The translations under genes were made by a program, and so were the position numbers. Shown piece after piece: positions 59,240 to 64,000 of a stretch of 64,000 nt of DNA. The notes beneath the pieces were generated by a model. The model ran no database searches and was not told the DNA's origin. It saw only the letters and a program-made list of their open reading frames with translations. The first letter of the stretch is position 1. Every line of letters starts with the position of its first letter. The DNA is from the human T2T-CHM13v2.0 reference genome, Homo sapiens, in NCBI RefSeq assembly GCF_009914755.1, contig NC_060925.1. One strand, written 5' to 3'.

Positions 59240-62200
59240 ATCGAATGGTCTCGATTGGAATCATTATCAAATGGAATCGAATGGAATCACCGAATAGAAT
59301 CGAATGGAACAATCATCGAATGGACTCAAATGGAATTATCCTCCAATGGAATCGAATGGAATTATCGAATGCAATCGAATGGAATTATCGAATGCAATCG
59401 AATAGAATCATCGAATGGACTCGAATGGAATCATCGAATGGAATGGAATGGAACAGTCAATGAACTCGAATGGAATCATCATTGAATGGAATCATCGAGT
59501 GGAATCGAAAGGAATTATGATCAAATGGAATCGAACGTAATCATCATCAAATGGAATCAAAAATAACCATCATCAATTGGTATTGAATGGAATTGTCATC
59601 AAATGGAATTCAAAGGAATCATCATCAAATGGAACCGAATGGAATCCTCATTGAATGGAAATGAAAGGGGTCATCATCTAATGGAATCGCATGGAATCAT
59701 CATCAAATGGAATCGAATGGAATCATCATCAAATGGAATCTAATGGAATCATTGAAAAGAATTGAAGGGAGTCGTCATCGAATGAATTGAATGCAATCAT
59801 CGAATGGTCTCGAATGGAATCATCTTCTAATGGAAAGGACTGGAATCATCGCATAGAATCGAATGGAATTATCATCGAATGGAATCGAATGGTATCAACA
59901 CCAAACGGAAAAAAACGGAATTATCGAATGGAATCGAAGAGAATCTTCGAACGGACCCGAATGGAATCATCTAATGGAATGGAATGGAATAATCCATGGA
60001 CTCGAATGCAATCATCATCGAATGGAATCGAATGGAATCATCGAATGGACTCGAATGGAATAATCATTGAACGGAATCGAATGGAATCATCATCGGATGG
60101 AAACGAATGGAATCATCATCGAATGGAAATGTAAGGAGTCATCATCTAATGGAATTGCATGGAATCATCATAAAATGGAATCGAATGGAATCAACATCAA
60201 ATGGAATCAAATGGAATCATTGAACGGAATTGAATGGAATCGTCATCGAATGAATTGAATGCAATCATCGAATGGTCTCGAATGGAATCATCTTCAAATG
60301 GAATGGAATGGAATCATCGCATAGAATCGAATGGAATTATCATCGAATGGAATCGAATGGAATCAATATCAAACAGAAAAAAACGGAATTATCGAATGGA
60401 ATCGAAGAGAATCATCGAATGGACCCGAATGGAATCATCTAATGGAATGGAATGGAATAATCCATGGACTCGAATGCAATCATCATCGAATGGAATCGAA
60501 TGGAATCATCGAATGGACTCGAATGGAATAATCATTGAACGGAATCGAATGGAATCATCATCGGATGGAAATGAATGGAATCATCATCGAATGGAATCGA
60601 ATAGAATTATGGAATGAAATCCAGTGTGATCATCATCGAATGGACCCGAATGGAATCATCATCCAACGGAAGCTAATGGAATCAACATCGAATGAATCGA
60701 ATGGAAACACCATCGAATTGAAACGAATGGAATTATCATGAAATTGAAATGGATGGACTCATCATCGAATGGATTCGAATGGAATCATCGAATAAAATTG
60801 ATTGAAATCATCATCGAATGGTATCGAATGGTATCATTGAATGGAATCGAATGGAATCATCATCAGATGGAAATGAATGGAATCGTCATAGAATGGAATC
60901 GAATGGATTCATTGAATGGAATCAGATGGAATCATCGAATGGAGTGGAATGGAATCATTGAATGGACTCGAAAGGGATCATTATTGAATGGAATTGAATG
61001 GAATCATTGAATGGTCTCGATTGGAATCATTATCAAATGGAATCGAATGGAATCACCGAATAGAATCGAATGGAACAATCATCGAATGGACTCAAATGGA
61101 ATTATCCTCCAATGGAATCGAATGGAATTATCGAATGCAATCGAATGGAATTATCGAATGCAATCGAATAGAATCATCGAATGGACTCGAATGGAATCAT
61201 CGAATGGAATGGAATGGAACAGTCAATGAACTCGAATGGAATCATCATTGAATGGAATCGAATGGAATCATCGAGTGGAATCGAATGGAATTATGATCAA
61301 ATGGAATCGAATGTAATCATCATCAAATGGAATCAAAAATAACCATCATCAATTGGTATTGAATGGAATTCTCATCAAATGGAATTCAAAGGAATCATCA
61401 TCAAATGGAACTGAATGGAATCCTCATTGAATGGAAATGAAAGGGGTCATCATCTAATGGAATCGCATGGAATCATCATCAAATGGAATCGAATGGAATC
61501 ATCATCAAATGGAATCTGATGGAATCATTGAACAGAATTGAATGGAATCGTCATCGAATGAATTGAATGCAATCATCGAATGGTCTCGAATGTAATCACA
61601 TTCTAATGGAAAGGAATGGAATCATCGCATAGAATAGAATGGAATTAATATTGAATGGACTCGAATGGAATCAACATCAAACGGAATCAAGCGGAATTAT
61701 CGAATGGAATCGAAAAGAATCATCGAATGGTCTCGAATGGAATCATCTTCTAATGGAAAGTAATGGAATCATCGCATAGAATCGAATGGAATTAACATTG
61801 AATGGACTCGAATGGAATCAACATCAAATGGAATCAAGCGGAATTATCGAATGAAATCGAAGAGAATCATCGAATGGACTCGAATGGAATCATCTAATGG
61901 AATGGAATGGAATAATCCACGGACTCGAATGCAATAATCATCGTTTAGAATCGAATGGAATCATCGAAAGGACTCGAATGGAATAACCATTGAACGGAAT
62001 CGAATGGAATCATCATCGGATGGAAACGAATGGAATCATCATCGAATGGAAATGAAAGGAGTCATCATCTAATGGAATTGCATGGAATCATCATAAAATG
62101 GAATCGAATGGAATCATCATCAAATGGAATCAAATGGAATCATTGAACGGAATTGAATGGAATCGTCATCGAATGAATTGAATGCAATCATCGAATGGTC

Positions 62201-62930
62201 TCGAATGGAATCATCTTCAAATGGAATGGAATGGAATCATCGCATAGAATCGAATGGAATTATCATCGAATGGAATCGAATGGTATCAACATCAAACGGA
62301 AAAAAACGGAATTATCGAATGGAATCGAAGAGAATCTTCGAACGGACCCGAATGGAATCATCTAATGGAATGGAATGGAATAATCCATGGACTCGAATGC
62401 AATCATCATCGAATGGAATCGAATGGAATCATTGAAAGGACTCGAATGGAATAATCATTGAACGGAATCGAATGGAATCATCATCGGATGGAAATGAATG
62501 GAATCATCATCGAATGGAATCGAATAGAATTATGGAATGAAATCCAGTGTGATCATCATCGAATGGACCCGAATGGAATTATCATCCAACGGAAGCTAAT
62601 GGAATCAACATCGAATGAATCGAATGGAAACACCATCGAATTGAAACGAATGGAATTACCATGAAATTGAAATGGATGGACTCATCATCGAATGGATTCG
62701 AATGGAATCATCGAATAAAATTGATTGAAATCATCATCGAATGGAATCGAATGGTATCATTGAATGGAATCGAATGGAATCATCATCAGATGGAAATGAA
62801 TGGAATCGTCATAGAATGGAATCGAATGGATTCATTGAATGGAATCAGATGGAATCATCGAATGGACTGGAATGGAATCATTGAATGGACTCGAAAGGGA
62901 TCATTATTGAATGGAATTGAATGGAATCAT
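59240..62930 (+). repeat. Dispersed duplicate of ~34260-37950 (offset 24,977)
   Basis: Pairs 34810/59787, 35257/60234, 35761/60738 and 37180/62157 share the 10-bp deletion, GAAGGGAGTC, AAACAGAAAA, TAGAATAG, AAGTAATGG and TCGTTTAG variants. Confidence 0.9.
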
Positions 62931-64000
62931 CAAATGGTCTCGATTGGAATCATTATCAAATGGAATCGAATGGAATCACCGAATAGAATCGAATGGAACA
63001 ATCATCGAATGGACTCAAATGGAATTATCCTCAAATGGAATCGAATGGAATTATCGAATGCAATCGAATGGAATTATCGAATGCAATCGAATAGAATCAT
63101 CGAATGGACTCGAATGGAATCATCGAATGGAATGGAATGGAACAGTCAATGAACTCGAATGGAATCATTATTGAATGGAATCGAATGGAATCATCGAGTG
63201 GAATCGAATGGAATTATGATCAAATGGAATCGAATGTAATCATCATCAAATGGAATCAAAAATAACCATCATCAATTGGTATTGAATGGAATTGTCATCA
63301 AATGGAATTTAAGGGAATCATCATCAAATGGAACCGAATGGAATCCTCATTGAATGGAAATGAAAGGGGTCATCATCTAATGGAATCGCATGGAATCATC
63401 ATCAAATGGAATCGAATGGAATCATCATCAAATGGAATCTAATGGAATCATTGAAAGAATTGAATGGAATCATCATCGAATGAATTGAATGCAATCATCG
63501 AATGGTCTCGAATGGAATCATCTTCTAATGGAAAGGAATGGAATCATCGCATAGAATCGAATGGAATTATCATCGAATGGAATCGAATGGTATCAACATC
63601 AAACGGAAAAAAACGGAATTATCGAATGGAATCGAAGAGAATCTTCGAACGGACCCGAATGGAATCATCTAATGGAATGGAATGGAATAATCCACGGACT
63701 CGAATGCAATCATCATCGTATAGAATCGAATGGAATCATCGAAAGGACTCGAATGGAATAACCATTGAACGGAATCGAATGGAATCATCATCGGATGGAA
63801 ACGAATGGAATCATCATCGAATGGAAATGAAAGGAGTCATCATCTAATGGAATTGCATGGAATCATCATAAAATGGAATCGAATGGAATCATCATCAAAT
63901 GGAATCAAATGGAATCATTGAACGGAATTGAATGGAATCGTCATCGAATGAATTGAATGCAATCATCGAATGGTCTCGAATGGAATCATCTTCAAATGGA

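Larger units (their letters stand above)
1..64000 (+). repeat. Human Satellite 2 (HSat2/HSATII) tandem array, GAATG strand on +; probably HSat2A family of 1q12 heterochromatin
   Basis: The entire window is made of ATCATCGAATGGAATCGAATGGA-type 23/26-bp motifs derived from (GAATG)n, with dense TCGA. This is the HSat2 signature; HSat3 would show long pure GGAAT runs. Unit lengths of 1775/1776 and 1308 bp fit the known 1.77-kb and 1.3-kb chr1 satellite EcoRI units. The HSat2 call is secure; the chromosome assignment is inference. Confidence 0.97.

Noticed and set aside
134-63847. Numerous 60-177 aa plus-strand ORFs rich in MEWN/RMES/NGII
   Set aside because: They are translations of GAATG-derived repeats. 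They overlap in all three frames, recur with every unit, gain and lose stops freely between copies and show no recognisable domain. They are not supported as CDS.
1-64000. Complete absence of minus-strand ORFs, suggesting strand-specific coding
   Set aside because: Explained by composition: ATCATC reads GATGAT on the minus strand, giving frequent TGA stops, whereas the plus strand is rich in ATG.
1-64000. CRISPR-like or other repeat-spacer array
   Set aside because: There are no unique spacers. Sequence between conserved motifs is itself satellite, and there are no cas or other genes.
1-64000. HSat3 or alpha-satellite assignment
   Set aside because: GGAAT runs rarely exceed three copies and ATCATCGAATGG dominates (HSat2). 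There is no 171-bp monomer or CENP-B box.
1-64000. Embedded transposon (Alu/L1), inversion or non-satellite island
   Set aside because: I saw no CATTC-strand segment, poly(A) tail or unique sequence. All unit spacings are accounted for by satellite modules and small indels.

Overview
The whole 64 kb window is one uninterrupted, single-orientation array of Human Satellite 2 (HSat2/HSATII: diverged (GAATG)n with the ATCATCGAATGGAATCGAATGGA 23/26-bp motif and abundant TCGA CpG sites). Its ~1.78-kb and ~1.31-kb EcoRI-marked units fit the HSat2A family and most likely the 1q12 pericentromeric block (D1Z1/pUC1.77 type); the chromosome is inferred. I found no genes, RNA genes, transposons, CRISPR arrays or inversions, and every listed ORF is a by-product of satellite periodicity. 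I also found no novel gene-based biological system. What can be read is the array's mutational history. There are 36 copies of an ~840-bp core separated by 1-4 copies of a 468-bp module (with 442- and 615-bp variants). On top of this sit a near-identical 8,843-bp tandem duplication, a 3,550-bp dimer duplication, dispersed duplications at offsets 19,282, 24,977 and 48,339, length-neutral 26-bp register shifts, and several chimeric junctions. All comparisons were made by eye with help from the ORF track.
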